Shown here: positions 49,859 to 59,023 of the stretch, one piece after another | Position numbering within the stretch: the first letter of the stretch is position 1 | How the letters are laid out: each line of letters starts with the position of its first letter | Assembly (NCBI GenBank): GCA_044225365.1 | Contig: JBGAIQ010000005.1 | Span: 1 to 64,000 of the forward strand | Reading direction: 5' to 3' | Source: Planctomycetota bacterium | Lineage (GTDB): Bacteria > Planctomycetota > B15-G4 > JADJEK01 | DNA length: 64,000 bases | Notes under the pieces: model-generated | Told to the model about the DNA's origin: nothing | What the model saw: only the letters and a program-made list of their open reading frames with translations | The model's database searches: none | Made by a program: the position numbers and the translations under genes

Positions 49859-52522
49859 ATGCAGACCCCGCTCATTCCATCTCTCCTATTCTTTGGCGTC
49901 ATTGGCGCATCGAGCGCCGCGCTTGCCCAATTCCAGGACTTCCAGGGCTACACCGGATTCGACGTCGGACTGACCAGCCAGGTCCGATTCCCGTCGGAGT
50001 TCCAGTTCGCCGACCTCGACGCCGACGGTCACGAGGACCTCGTCTTCGTGAGTCAGAGCGCCGCGTACCCACGACTCGGCGTGATGCTGAATCAGGGCGA
50101 CGACACCTTTGCGCTTCCATCGTTCCAGGTGCTTCTCGCCGGCGCGGTCGACCTCGCGACTCTCGACATCGATGCAGATGGGGATCTCGACGTCGCCGTC
50201 GCCGAGGGCGGCGGCACGCTCGCCAACGGCCAGACGGTCGCGATCTTCAAGAACTCCGGAACCGGAGCGCTCAGCTTGAAACAGCGCGTCACGGTCGCCA
50301 AGGGCCCGGCGGGGATCGCGGCGGGTGACTTCGACGCGGACGGCGACGTCGACCTCGGTGTAGCGATCTACGGAGTCGCCGCGAGCGGAGCCTCGCTCCG
50401 CGTGCTCACCAACTCCGGCACCGGAACGTACGCGCTCGGCCCCTCGATCTCCTTGTCGAAGGCGCCCTATGGCGTTCGCTCCGGAGATCTCAATGGCGAT
50501 GGCAAGGCCGACCTCGTCGTCGTCCACGACAACGACATCCTCGATGTCCTGATCTCGACCGGCGCTTCGTTCGCGGCTCCGATCGTGTTCGACGTGAAGG
50601 CGACCACCACGCTCGGCGCCCATCTCTTCCCCTGCGTCGCGCTCGCCGACCTCGACCACGATGGCGATCTCGACATCGCGTTCTCGGACAACAATCACCA
50701 GAAGCAGAATCCCCTGCTCGTCGGGATCGTGACCGTGATCACGAATCAGGGTGGCGGCTCGTTCGCGATCGGCAACGACATCGTGTTGCGGCCCTACCAG
50801 AGCGGGTTCACCGACCTCGCGTTCGAGGACTTGAATGGAGATTCGTGGCTCGACGTTCTCGGTTGCGACCATTTCGACTGGGACTACGTCCTTGCCGACG
50901 GCCAGGGCGGATTCCACGCCCCCACGACTCCGAGCTTCGGCTTGATCGCCGCCGATGAACCGACTGCGGTCGGCGCGCTCGACGTCGATCACGACGGGGA
51001 TCTCGACGCCTTCGTCCTCGGCAGTCACTCGAACGCGATGACGATCCATCGCTTCGAGAACGGACAGCCCTTCGCGCCGCCGACCACCGTCGGCCCCGAC
51101 GGCGATCTCGACTTCGGCGATCTCGACGGCGACGGCGATCTCGACATCGTGGGCGGCGGCGGCGGGCCGATCTGGGTCACGATGAACCAGGGCGGCGGCC
51201 ACTTCGGTCCGGCGACGAACTTCCCGAGCTCGGCGTTCAACGGGCCGACGGCGGTCAAGCTCGCCGATTTGAACAACGATGGCCGGCCCGATCTCCTCAT
51301 CGGCACCCTCAGCGGCTTCAACACGAAGCTCAACAACGGCAACGGCACGTTCGGCGCATTGACGCAGTGGAACATGCCGATCTGCGGCGGGAACGATCTC
51401 GATGCGGTCGATCTCGACAACGACGGCAATCTCGACATCGTCATTCCCGAATCCGCCGGTTGTCCCGGCGTCCCGTTCCCGCGCGTCTTCATCGCGAAGG
51501 GTCTCGGCAACGGAACGTTCGTCCCGCCGATCCAGTTCAACGCCACTTTCCTCGTCGAGAAGATGACCCACGCCGATCTCGACGGCGACGGCAATCAGGA
51601 CCTCGTCCTCTCGGGCAACACGACGCTCGAGATCTATCGCGGCAACGGCAACCTCACCTTCCAGCCGAAGGTCCAGGTCCCCGCCGACTTCGCGCCGCAC
51701 GGGATCGTGGTGGCCGACCTGAACGGCGACTCGATCCTCGATCTCGCATCATGCAACTGGGGCAACATCGACGACGACGGGATCGACGAGACGATGACGG
51801 TGTCGCTCGGCATCGATGGACTCACGTATGCGCCGAAGACGATCTACGCCGCGAACGGCTCGTGGGACCTCGGGTCCGTCCTCGGCATCAGTGCCGCGGA
51901 TGCCGATCGCGACGGCGACGTCGATCTCTTCGTGACCAATTTCGATTCGCACGACGTGTCGCTGTTCAAGAATCGTGGCGACGGCACGTTCCTCGCCGCC
52001 ACGCGTATCGGCGGCGTGAAGGACCTGACGGACTCGGTCGTCGCGGACTTCACGGGCGACGGCATCGTCGACATCGTGCTCACGGGAAGTTCCTGGGCGC
52101 CCTCGGTCGCGCCCGGCATCACGTTGCTCGAAGGCCTCGGAAACGACCCATGGATCGCGCTCGGCACCGGATCGAAAGGCACGCTCGGTGTGCCGCATCT
52201 CGACGGCGATGGCGCACTCGTCGCGGGCAACACGATCACGTTCCATCTCGCGAAGGCGCGACCGAACGCGACCGGGGTCTACATCGTCGGTTTCAGCACG
52301 CTGATGATGCCGTACCTCGGCAGCACATTGGTGCCGACCCCGAACCTGCTCCTCCCGCTCGGCGTCGATGCGACGGGCGCGGCGAGTCTCGAAGCGGCGC
52401 TGCCTCCGACGATCGCCGTCGGTTCGAGCTTCGACGTCGTCGCTCAGTGCTGGATCCTCGACCCGCTCGCGGCGAACGCGTACGCGGCGGCATCGAACGG
52501 CATCCTCGCCCACTCGCCCTGA
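49859..52522 (+). CDS. Secreted FG-GAP/VCBS repeat protein with shared C-terminal domain
   Basis: Signal peptide; more than 12 D[LF]DxDGxxD repeats; C-terminal AQCWILDP...ASNGILAHSP. Confidence 0.9.
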   Translation: MQTPLIPSLLFFGVIGASSAALAQFQDFQGYTGFDVGLTSQVRFPSEFQFADLDADGHEDLVFVSQSAAYPRLGVMLNQGDDTFALPSFQVLLAGAVDLATLDIDADGDLDVAVAEGGGTLANGQTVAIFKNSGTGALSLKQRVTVAKGPAGIAAGDFDADGDVDLGVAIYGVAASGASLRVLTNSGTGTYALGPSISLSKAPYGVRSGDLNGDGKADLVVVHDNDILDVLISTGASFAAPIVFDVKATTTLGAHLFPCVALADLDHDGDLDIAFSDNNHQKQNPLLVGIVTVITNQGGGSFAIGNDIVLRPYQSGFTDLAFEDLNGDSWLDVLGCDHFDWDYVLADGQGGFHAPTTPSFGLIAADEPTAVGALDVDHDGDLDAFVLGSHSNAMTIHRFENGQPFAPPTTVGPDGDLDFGDLDGDGDLDIVGGGGGPIWVTMNQGGGHFGPATNFPSSAFNGPTAVKLADLNNDGRPDLLIGTLSGFNTKLNNGNGTFGALTQWNMPICGGNDLDAVDLDNDGNLDIVIPESAGCPGVPFPRVFIAKGLGNGTFVPPIQFNATFLVEKMTHADLDGDGNQDLVLSGNTTLEIYRGNGNLTFQPKVQVPADFAPHGIVVADLNGDSILDLASCNWGNIDDDGIDETMTVSLGIDGLTYAPKTIYAANGSWDLGSVLGISAADADRDGDVDLFVTNFDSHDVSLFKNRGDGTFLAATRIGGVKDLTDSVVADFTGDGIVDIVLTGSSWAPSVAPGITLLEGLGNDPWIALGTGSKGTLGVPHLDGDGALVAGNTITFHLAKARPNATGVYIVGFSTLMMPYLGSTLVPTPNLLLPLGVDATGAASLEAALPPTIAVGSSFDVVAQCWILDPLAANAYAAASNGILAHSP

Positions 52523-52561
52523 AGATCTCCCTACGCTCCTCATGCGCCCGCGGCGGTCGGA

Positions 52562-53173
52562 TCATTCCGCCGCTGCGGGTGCGTCGCTTCCCGGCCCGCC
52601 AGGCAGCGCGCCGCCGATCTCGCTCTCCAAGTAGGCCCTCGCGATGCGCCAATCCCGCGCGACCGTCCGCTCCGAGGATTCGAGGAGCTGAGCGACCTCC
52701 GCGACCGAGAATCCACCGAAGAAGCGCAATTCGACGAGACGCGCCTTCTCGGGATCGACGACCGCGAGCTTCAAGAGCGCGGAATCGAGCGCGATCAAGC
52801 GATCGTCGGTCACCGGAACCGATTCGGCGGGATGACCGTCCCCGGTTCCGAGTTCGACCCGCTCGCGACCTCCGCCCCGCTTCTCGCTGCCGCGCGCGCG
52901 CGCATGCTCGATCAGGATGCGTCGAATCGTGCGGGCCGCGGCCGCGAAGAACTCGCCGCGCGAACCGATCGTCGGGAACGGCGCGCCGAAGAGGCGAAGA
53001 TAGACCTCGTTCGCGAGCGCCGTCGGTTGCAACGTGTGATCCGCACGCTCGCCTTTGAGGAAATGGCGGGCGAGCCGACGGAAATCGGAATACACGGCCG
53101 ACGCGAGTTCCCGTCCCGCGTCGGGATCCCCGTCGCGGGCGCGAGCGATCAGGCGATCGATGTCCACTTCCAT
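52562..53173 (-). CDS. ECF sigma factor, TIGR02999/ECF43-like
   Basis: HTLQPTALANEVYLRL, RRILIEHAR...KRGGG, LVELRFFGG and RDWRIARAYL. Confidence 0.92.
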   Translation of the reverse strand: MEVDIDRLIARARDGDPDAGRELASAVYSDFRRLARHFLKGERADHTLQPTALANEVYLRLFGAPFPTIGSRGEFFAAAARTIRRILIEHARARGSEKRGGGRERVELGTGDGHPAESVPVTDDRLIALDSALLKLAVVDPEKARLVELRFFGGFSVAEVAQLLESSERTVARDWRIARAYLESEIGGALPGGPGSDAPAAAE

Positions 53174-53251
53174 CCGGTAGCACTCCGTCGCGCGCGAGAA
53201 TCGCTCAGCGCACGGCAACGCCCGGACAGGATAACAGGCGGACTCGATCCG

Positions 53252-55072
53252 TCAGGGTTTGAAGTCGACGCGCACCGCGTTCGAGATCCCGACGCCATGC
53301 AGGAGGCTCGGGTCGACGTACACGTACTGCAAGTCGAGCGCGAGCGGGCCGCCGCCGCCGGGGATCGCCGGGATCTGGACCTGCCCCGCCGCGTTCGTGA
53401 ACAACGAGACCTGGATCAGCACGGGCACCGTGACGAGCGTGCCGCCGAGGAAGGGAATCGGACTGACCTGGGTGCTCGCGAGCAGGATCCCGGCCTGATT
53501 CGCCGCAGCGCCCGTGACGCTGAGCGCGGCCGTCGTGCCGGTCGACAGATCCCCTCCGCAGACGCTGAGCTTCGAGTTCCCGGGGCCGCCGAATCCGAGA
53601 TCCAACTGGCAAACGTAGGCCGAGAACGACACGGGATTCGACGCGATCCCGTTGGCGACGACCTCGAGGGAGAACACACCGGGCGGCAGCGATGCCGGGA
53701 GCGTGAACTCGGTGCTCACCGGCAACGAACCCGTCATGACGCCCGTGCTGCTCCAATTGAAAGTCCGCGCGTAGTACACGCTCGTTCCGCTCGTGAGTCG
53801 CACGAGCGGGTAGTTGGAGTTCATCTGGAAGTCGTCGCCGTACGACGCGCCCTCCGAGATGCCGTTCAACTGCGTTCCGACGAGGTGGTACGAGCCGTTC
53901 GCGTTCGGCGTGATCGAGGTGATCGTCGGCTTGCCGGCCGCGAGCGGGCTGCCGGTCGGCTTGTAGACGTAGAGGTCCTTACCCATGTGCGAGTAGAGCA
54001 CGGTCCCGTCCGGCAGATCGAGCATCAAGGTCGTGAACGTGGGCGTGTTGTCCGTCGTTCCGTTCGGCGCGGGCTGCAGGCTGAACGAGTTCGCGACCGG
54101 ATCGTACTCGTAGAACGTCGTCGGCGCGGGAAAGCCATTGCCCGGCGACGGCGTCGGGCTGGTGGCGCAGAGCACGTTGCCCGTCACGAGCATCGCCGCC
54201 GGCGCGTCCGGCGTGCCGTTGCCGTTCGGGATGTCCGGCCCTGCCGTCCACACTCCCTGCTGGAAGCCGAGCGAGGGCGTGTAGAGCGCGGTATGTCCCG
54301 TCGAGCCGAGGAAGAAGGCCTTGCCGCTCGGAAGCAGGAGCGCGCCGCCGAGCTCACCGACGTAGGGGTCGTAGAGCGAGACCGGAACCGTCGCGTCGTT
54401 GATCCAGAGGTTGAAGAGCGAGATGAATCGCTCCGAGTGCGTACCGAACGGATCGATCGTGAGGATGCTGTTGTCTGGCAGCTTCACCCAGCTCGCCTCG
54501 TCCTGGTATCCGCCGTATGCGAGCTGTGCCGCGTTCTGCCAAGTGTTGTTCACGGGGTCATAGATCAAACCCACGCCGTACGAATGCGGAACGACCGGCA
54601 TCAAGAGCACTCGACCGTCCGAGAGCAGTTCGCTGTTGCAGTCGAAGAACAGATCGGTCGCCGTATTCCAGATCGCCGGCGGCGGATCGACCTGCGTCCA
54701 CACGTTGGTCTTCGGATCGAAGACCTCGGCATGCGGACCACCCGAGCCGTACTCCGCACCCGCCACGAACACGCGCCCGTCCTTCAGCACCTGCGACGGA
54801 TAGTAGAGCCGCGTATCGTGCGCATCCGCGAATGCCGACCAGTAGCCATTCACGTAACTGCCATGGATGTCCGGATTGAGCCGATACCACGACTTGCCGA
54901 TCGTGCCTCCATCGTTCCTCGCCGCCATCACGGTGCCATCGGACAGGAGCAGCATCAGATTGACCGGACCCGGCGCAGTCTGATGGAGCTTGGTCCACGT
55001 TCCTGCGGACGCGACCTCGGGCAGCAACAAAACGGGAAGGAAGACGAGATGGCGGAAGCGGGAGGCGGACAT
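53252..55072 (-). CDS. Secreted kelch-like propeller protein with shared C-terminal domain
   Basis: Signal peptide; LLSDGTV, LKDGRVFVAG and LPDGTVL repeats; C-terminal LQYVYVDP...GISNAVRVDFKP. Confidence 0.85.
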   Translation of the reverse strand: MSASRFRHLVFLPVLLLPEVASAGTWTKLHQTAPGPVNLMLLLSDGTVMAARNDGGTIGKSWYRLNPDIHGSYVNGYWSAFADAHDTRLYYPSQVLKDGRVFVAGAEYGSGGPHAEVFDPKTNVWTQVDPPPAIWNTATDLFFDCNSELLSDGRVLLMPVVPHSYGVGLIYDPVNNTWQNAAQLAYGGYQDEASWVKLPDNSILTIDPFGTHSERFISLFNLWINDATVPVSLYDPYVGELGGALLLPSGKAFFLGSTGHTALYTPSLGFQQGVWTAGPDIPNGNGTPDAPAAMLVTGNVLCATSPTPSPGNGFPAPTTFYEYDPVANSFSLQPAPNGTTDNTPTFTTLMLDLPDGTVLYSHMGKDLYVYKPTGSPLAAGKPTITSITPNANGSYHLVGTQLNGISEGASYGDDFQMNSNYPLVRLTSGTSVYYARTFNWSSTGVMTGSLPVSTEFTLPASLPPGVFSLEVVANGIASNPVSFSAYVCQLDLGFGGPGNSKLSVCGGDLSTGTTAALSVTGAAANQAGILLASTQVSPIPFLGGTLVTVPVLIQVSLFTNAAGQVQIPAIPGGGGPLALDLQYVYVDPSLLHGVGISNAVRVDFKP

Positions 55073-55161
55073 GAGGCTCCTTGGGCAGGGCGACTTCGTG
55101 AGGAAGAGTCTACTCCAAGGAGTCGTCGAGGGTCCTGCGGCGAAGGCAGCGCCGAGACGAC

Positions 55162-55200
55162 AGCATCCCCGCACTCGCTTTGCGCGAATGCGGGGATGCT
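55162..55200 (-). terminator. Hairpin downstream of tRNA-Arg
   Basis: AGCATCCCCGCA / TGCGGGGATGCT stem. Confidence 0.6.
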
Positions 55201-55207
55201 CGATGTT

Positions 55208-55284
55208 TGGTACGCCCGTCGCGAGTCGAACGCGAAACCTTCGCCTTCGGAGGGCGACACTCTATCCAGTTGAGCTACGGGCGC
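55208..55284 (-). tRNA. tRNA-Arg (anticodon CCG)
   Basis: GCGCCCGTAGCTCAACTGGATAGAG...TCGCC-CT-CCG-AA-GGCGA...GTTCGACTC...ACCA. Confidence 0.95.
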
Positions 55285-55321
55285 GCAGGACGCGCGATCT
55301 TAGCGGTCCCGCCCTCGGAAA

Positions 55322-57064
55322 CTACTTCTTCTCGCCGCGATGGAGGCTGTGCACGAAGATGCCGTCCGTGCTGATCCGCGTCACGACGGCGTCGCGTCCC
55401 GAGGTGAACGAAGCGAGCTTTTCCTTGTCGAGTTGCTCGATCGACATCGCCGAGTCGCGCTTGCCGAGACCCATCATGAACAACGCGAGCAGTCCGAAGT
55501 TCGCCTTCAAGCTGTCCGCCGCGTCCGTCGCGTAGATGACCGAGAAGGGACCCTTGCCGAGGGCCGCGAGCGTGCTCGCAAAGGCCGGGTCGGTGGCGAG
55601 CGACGGCAGCTTGCTCTCGCCGCCGCGACGTAGGATGTCCTTCAACAGCTCACTCGACGCCGAGATCACCATGAGGTCGGGCTGGATCGTGTAGTGGAGC
55701 TTCACCGGCAGGATCGACGCAGGGAGCGTCCAGAGGATCTTGCCGTCGAACTCGCTGCGCTCTCGGATGGCGGCGAGGCCGTTCTCCTGGATGTACGCGT
55801 CGAGGGCCGTTTCGATCGTCTTGCCGTCGTCGATCTTGATCGCGACCGCGACGCTGTGCGGATCCTCCTCGGTGCCGGGGAGGGCCTCGGTCTCGTCCTT
55901 CACCTTCGAATACGCGATCGCGATCTCGTTGCCGAGCGGATCGAGCACGTCGCGGCGCAGGTTGAACTTGTCCGTCGACATCGAGTCCAACTCGGACTGC
56001 ATCGTCTTCGCCGTCTCCGGATCGATCTTCTCCATCTCGGAGAGCAACGCCTCGAACCCGGCGCCGATGTCGAGATGAACCGTCGAGCCTCGCTCGACAT
56101 CGCTCGAGAGTCTCGAGAGCAGGTTCATTGGACCCGCGGGGAAGAACTTCGACAGGATCGTGCCGATCGGCGTCTCGCCCTCGATGCGAACCTCGATCGA
56201 GTACTCGCTGGTCTTCGAGTCGACCTTGCCGCGCATCGCGGCGCGACCGATCTTGTCGACTCCGAGCTTGCGCGCCATCTCACTGTCCGAGACGTTCTTC
56301 TCGGACTCGAGTCCCTCGCGGACGATCGTGCCGAGATCCACGTAAGCGCGAAGGCCCGAACCGCTCGGATTCGCGCCGAGGGACGCCTCGAAATCCGCCT
56401 TCTTGGAAAGCGGGTTCTCGAGCTTGCCCGACAAGCCCTGGATCAATTGTTCGATCTCGTCGCGATCGCCGTCCTTCTGCGGCTGCACGGTGAGCACGAA
56501 CGTCGAACCGACGACCGCATACGCCAGTTCGGCCGGCTTGTCGTTCTCCGACTTCGCCTTCTCCGTGACGATCGTCACCGAAACACCCTCGATCTCGCGC
56601 GTCTCCTGCGAGCCCTTGCCCTCGTCGATCTCCTTCTTCAGGAGGTCGCTGAACTGCTGCGCGAGCTCTCCGGCATGATCGCCGCCGCCCAGCAGGAAAC
56701 CGATGCGAGGAATCGAGACTCGCTGCTTGAAGAAGTCGGGATCCGAAGCCGCGGAATCGAAGAAGACCAGCGCGGCGCCGCCCTCGATCTTCTCGAGCAT
56801 GGCGAACGGATCGGCGCCGGCATCCTGCGCGATCTTGCTGCGCATCTCGCTGAAGGTCTTCCAGAAGTCCTCCCGCACCGCGTCCATCGACGGGTCCATG
56901 AGGCAGCGTCCGAGATCGCTGGCCTTGAAATCCGCGATCGTCTGCTCGACGTCGTCGCACTCGAGGAACCCCCACACGTCGGCCGGCACGGCCTTCTCGT
57001 AGGCATCGCCCGCGATCGCCGTGGCGGAAAGTGCAAGGGTGGAAAGAAGCGTGTTGCGGATCAT
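55322..57064 (-). CDS. Secreted uncharacterised protein (DUF3352-like)
   Basis: Signal peptide; paralogue of the upstream gene; family assignment is tentative. Confidence 0.65.
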   Translation of the reverse strand: MIRNTLLSTLALSATAIAGDAYEKAVPADVWGFLECDDVEQTIADFKASDLGRCLMDPSMDAVREDFWKTFSEMRSKIAQDAGADPFAMLEKIEGGAALVFFDSAASDPDFFKQRVSIPRIGFLLGGGDHAGELAQQFSDLLKKEIDEGKGSQETREIEGVSVTIVTEKAKSENDKPAELAYAVVGSTFVLTVQPQKDGDRDEIEQLIQGLSGKLENPLSKKADFEASLGANPSGSGLRAYVDLGTIVREGLESEKNVSDSEMARKLGVDKIGRAAMRGKVDSKTSEYSIEVRIEGETPIGTILSKFFPAGPMNLLSRLSSDVERGSTVHLDIGAGFEALLSEMEKIDPETAKTMQSELDSMSTDKFNLRRDVLDPLGNEIAIAYSKVKDETEALPGTEEDPHSVAVAIKIDDGKTIETALDAYIQENGLAAIRERSEFDGKILWTLPASILPVKLHYTIQPDLMVISASSELLKDILRRGGESKLPSLATDPAFASTLAALGKGPFSVIYATDAADSLKANFGLLALFMMGLGKRDSAMSIEQLDKEKLASFTSGRDAVVTRISTDGIFVHSLHRGEKK

Positions 57065-57077
57065 CGAGTTTTCCTAG

Positions 57078-58979
57078 TCACTGTTTTTCGTTGAGCCAGA
57101 GTGCGCGTACGCGGATCCCGCGGGCGTCGATGGACAAGCCGCTGACCGCGCGACCCGTGATGTACTTCTTGATGTCGTCCGCCGTGATCGAGCCGAGCGT
57201 CGATTCGATTTCGGGTTTCCTGAGGACGAGGCCCTGGCGCATTCCAGCGAGGAAAGCGGAGGTGTAGGTCGCGGAATCGACCTCGGAGACGATCGATTGC
57301 GACGACTCACCGAGCGCGGCGAAACCGGCCTTGATCGATTCGTCGCTCGCGAGCGACGGCAGCTTCGAATCCCCACTGCGACGCAGGACGTCTTCCACGA
57401 TCTCGCGCGCCGCGGAGATGACGAGCTGATCGTTGGTGAGCGAGTACGAGACCTCGATCCCGAGAGGCGTGGGGATCGTGAAGATGACGCGACCCTCGAA
57501 CTCGGTTCGACGGCGGATCGCGTCGAGGCCTTGCCCCTTCAACAGGGCCTCGAGACTCGTCTCGAGCGCCGCACCATCCTTCAGCTCGACGATGAAACCG
57601 ACGTTCGAAGGATCGTCCTCACTGCCGGGCAACGCCTGGTTCTCGTCCTTCACGGCGATGCGGAAGACCGCGACCTCGCGCCCGAGCAGGGCGAGGAGTT
57701 GCGTTTGCAAGTCGAAGCCGCCGACCTTGGCCTCCTCGAGGCCCGATCGCATTTCGGAAGCCGCGTCGGGTTCCACGACGTCGAGGAACTCCCCGAGCGA
57801 TTCGATCGCGGCGGGAAAGTCGACGTGGAACAGCATCGCGTTGCGCGCTTCGACGGGGATCTTCGAAGCGAGTCCGAACTTGCCGCTCGGCAGCAGGCGC
57901 TCGAGCAGCTTCGTGAGCACGCTCGAATCCTCCATCGAGAGCTCGAGCCCCGCAGAGGAACCCGTCGCGGCGGGAGTGAATTGCAGCGCGAAGTATCCGA
58001 GATGCTGCAGGCCGAGCGCTTCGAGCTTCTGTGCGCCTTCGAGCGAGATGCCATGACTCTCCGGCTCGTCGTCGGCCTCGTCCATGTCCTCGTCGTAGTC
58101 CTCGCCCTCGTCGTCGCCCGCCCCATCCGAATCCGGATCGTCGATGTACGCGTCCGTGTCTTCGTCGGCAGAGTCGCCCTCGACGATCCCGCTCTCGTGG
58201 GCGTGCTTCAGCGCCGACGCCAGGATCGATCCGACGTTGACGAACGCATGGAGCGCTCCGCCGCCGCCGGGTCCGGCCTGCGCGGACTTGTAGAAGGGAG
58301 AGTCGGCGAGCGACTCGTGCGGTTCTCCGGCCAGGCCGCGCACGACGGATTCGAGGCGTTCCGGCTTCGCGTGATGGAGATCGGACCCGAGCACGAACAC
58401 GGTGGAACCGACCATTCCGATCGCGAGTTCGGAGGGTTTCGCATCGTCGGGCTTGTCGTCGAAGACTTCGACCGCGATTCCCGCGATCTCCCGCGTCTCC
58501 TTCACGACCTTCCCCTTCGCGACGTCCTCGCCCACCGAGTCCTCGATCTTCGCGAGCAACTCCGGAGCATGCCCCTCGGCCCCGAAGAGGAAGAGGAGCG
58601 GCGGGTACTCCGCTTCGCCGAAGACGTACTCGGGATCGAAGGCCGAGGGATCGAGCACCGCGAGCGCCGAAGGCCCGTCCAGAAGCTGCAAGAACTCGAG
58701 CGGGTCGGGCCCACCCTTTTCGGCGGCCTCCTTGCGCATCGTCTCGAACATCGCGACGACCGCGTCTCGCACCGGCGCGAACTTCGGATCCGCGAAGAGT
58801 CGGCCCAACTCCGTGCTCTCCACGCCGGCGACGAGTCCCTTGACGTCATCGCATCCGATGTATGCCCAGACATCGGCCGGCAGCGCGTGATCGAGCGTGA
58901 GCGGCGGAGACGGGTCACCGCCGAAGGCGATCCCGCACGACAGCAGGGAGGCAAAGCCAAGGACTCGCAGCTTCATCAC
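57078..58979 (-). CDS. Secreted uncharacterised protein (DUF3352-like) with acidic insert
   Basis: Signal peptide; shares PADVW...CDDV, ALPG.E.DP and RR.G.SKLPSLA.D with the neighbouring gene. Confidence 0.65.
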   Translation of the reverse strand: MMKLRVLGFASLLSCGIAFGGDPSPPLTLDHALPADVWAYIGCDDVKGLVAGVESTELGRLFADPKFAPVRDAVVAMFETMRKEAAEKGGPDPLEFLQLLDGPSALAVLDPSAFDPEYVFGEAEYPPLLFLFGAEGHAPELLAKIEDSVGEDVAKGKVVKETREIAGIAVEVFDDKPDDAKPSELAIGMVGSTVFVLGSDLHHAKPERLESVVRGLAGEPHESLADSPFYKSAQAGPGGGGALHAFVNVGSILASALKHAHESGIVEGDSADEDTDAYIDDPDSDGAGDDEGEDYDEDMDEADDEPESHGISLEGAQKLEALGLQHLGYFALQFTPAATGSSAGLELSMEDSSVLTKLLERLLPSGKFGLASKIPVEARNAMLFHVDFPAAIESLGEFLDVVEPDAASEMRSGLEEAKVGGFDLQTQLLALLGREVAVFRIAVKDENQALPGSEDDPSNVGFIVELKDGAALETSLEALLKGQGLDAIRRRTEFEGRVIFTIPTPLGIEVSYSLTNDQLVISAAREIVEDVLRRSGDSKLPSLASDESIKAGFAALGESSQSIVSEVDSATYTSAFLAGMRQGLVLRKPEIESTLGSITADDIKKYITGRAVSGLSIDARGIRVRALWLNEKQ

Positions 58980-59023
58980 GCTACCTCGATTCTAGAACCG
59001 ATCCCTTGCCACGAACCCACGCT

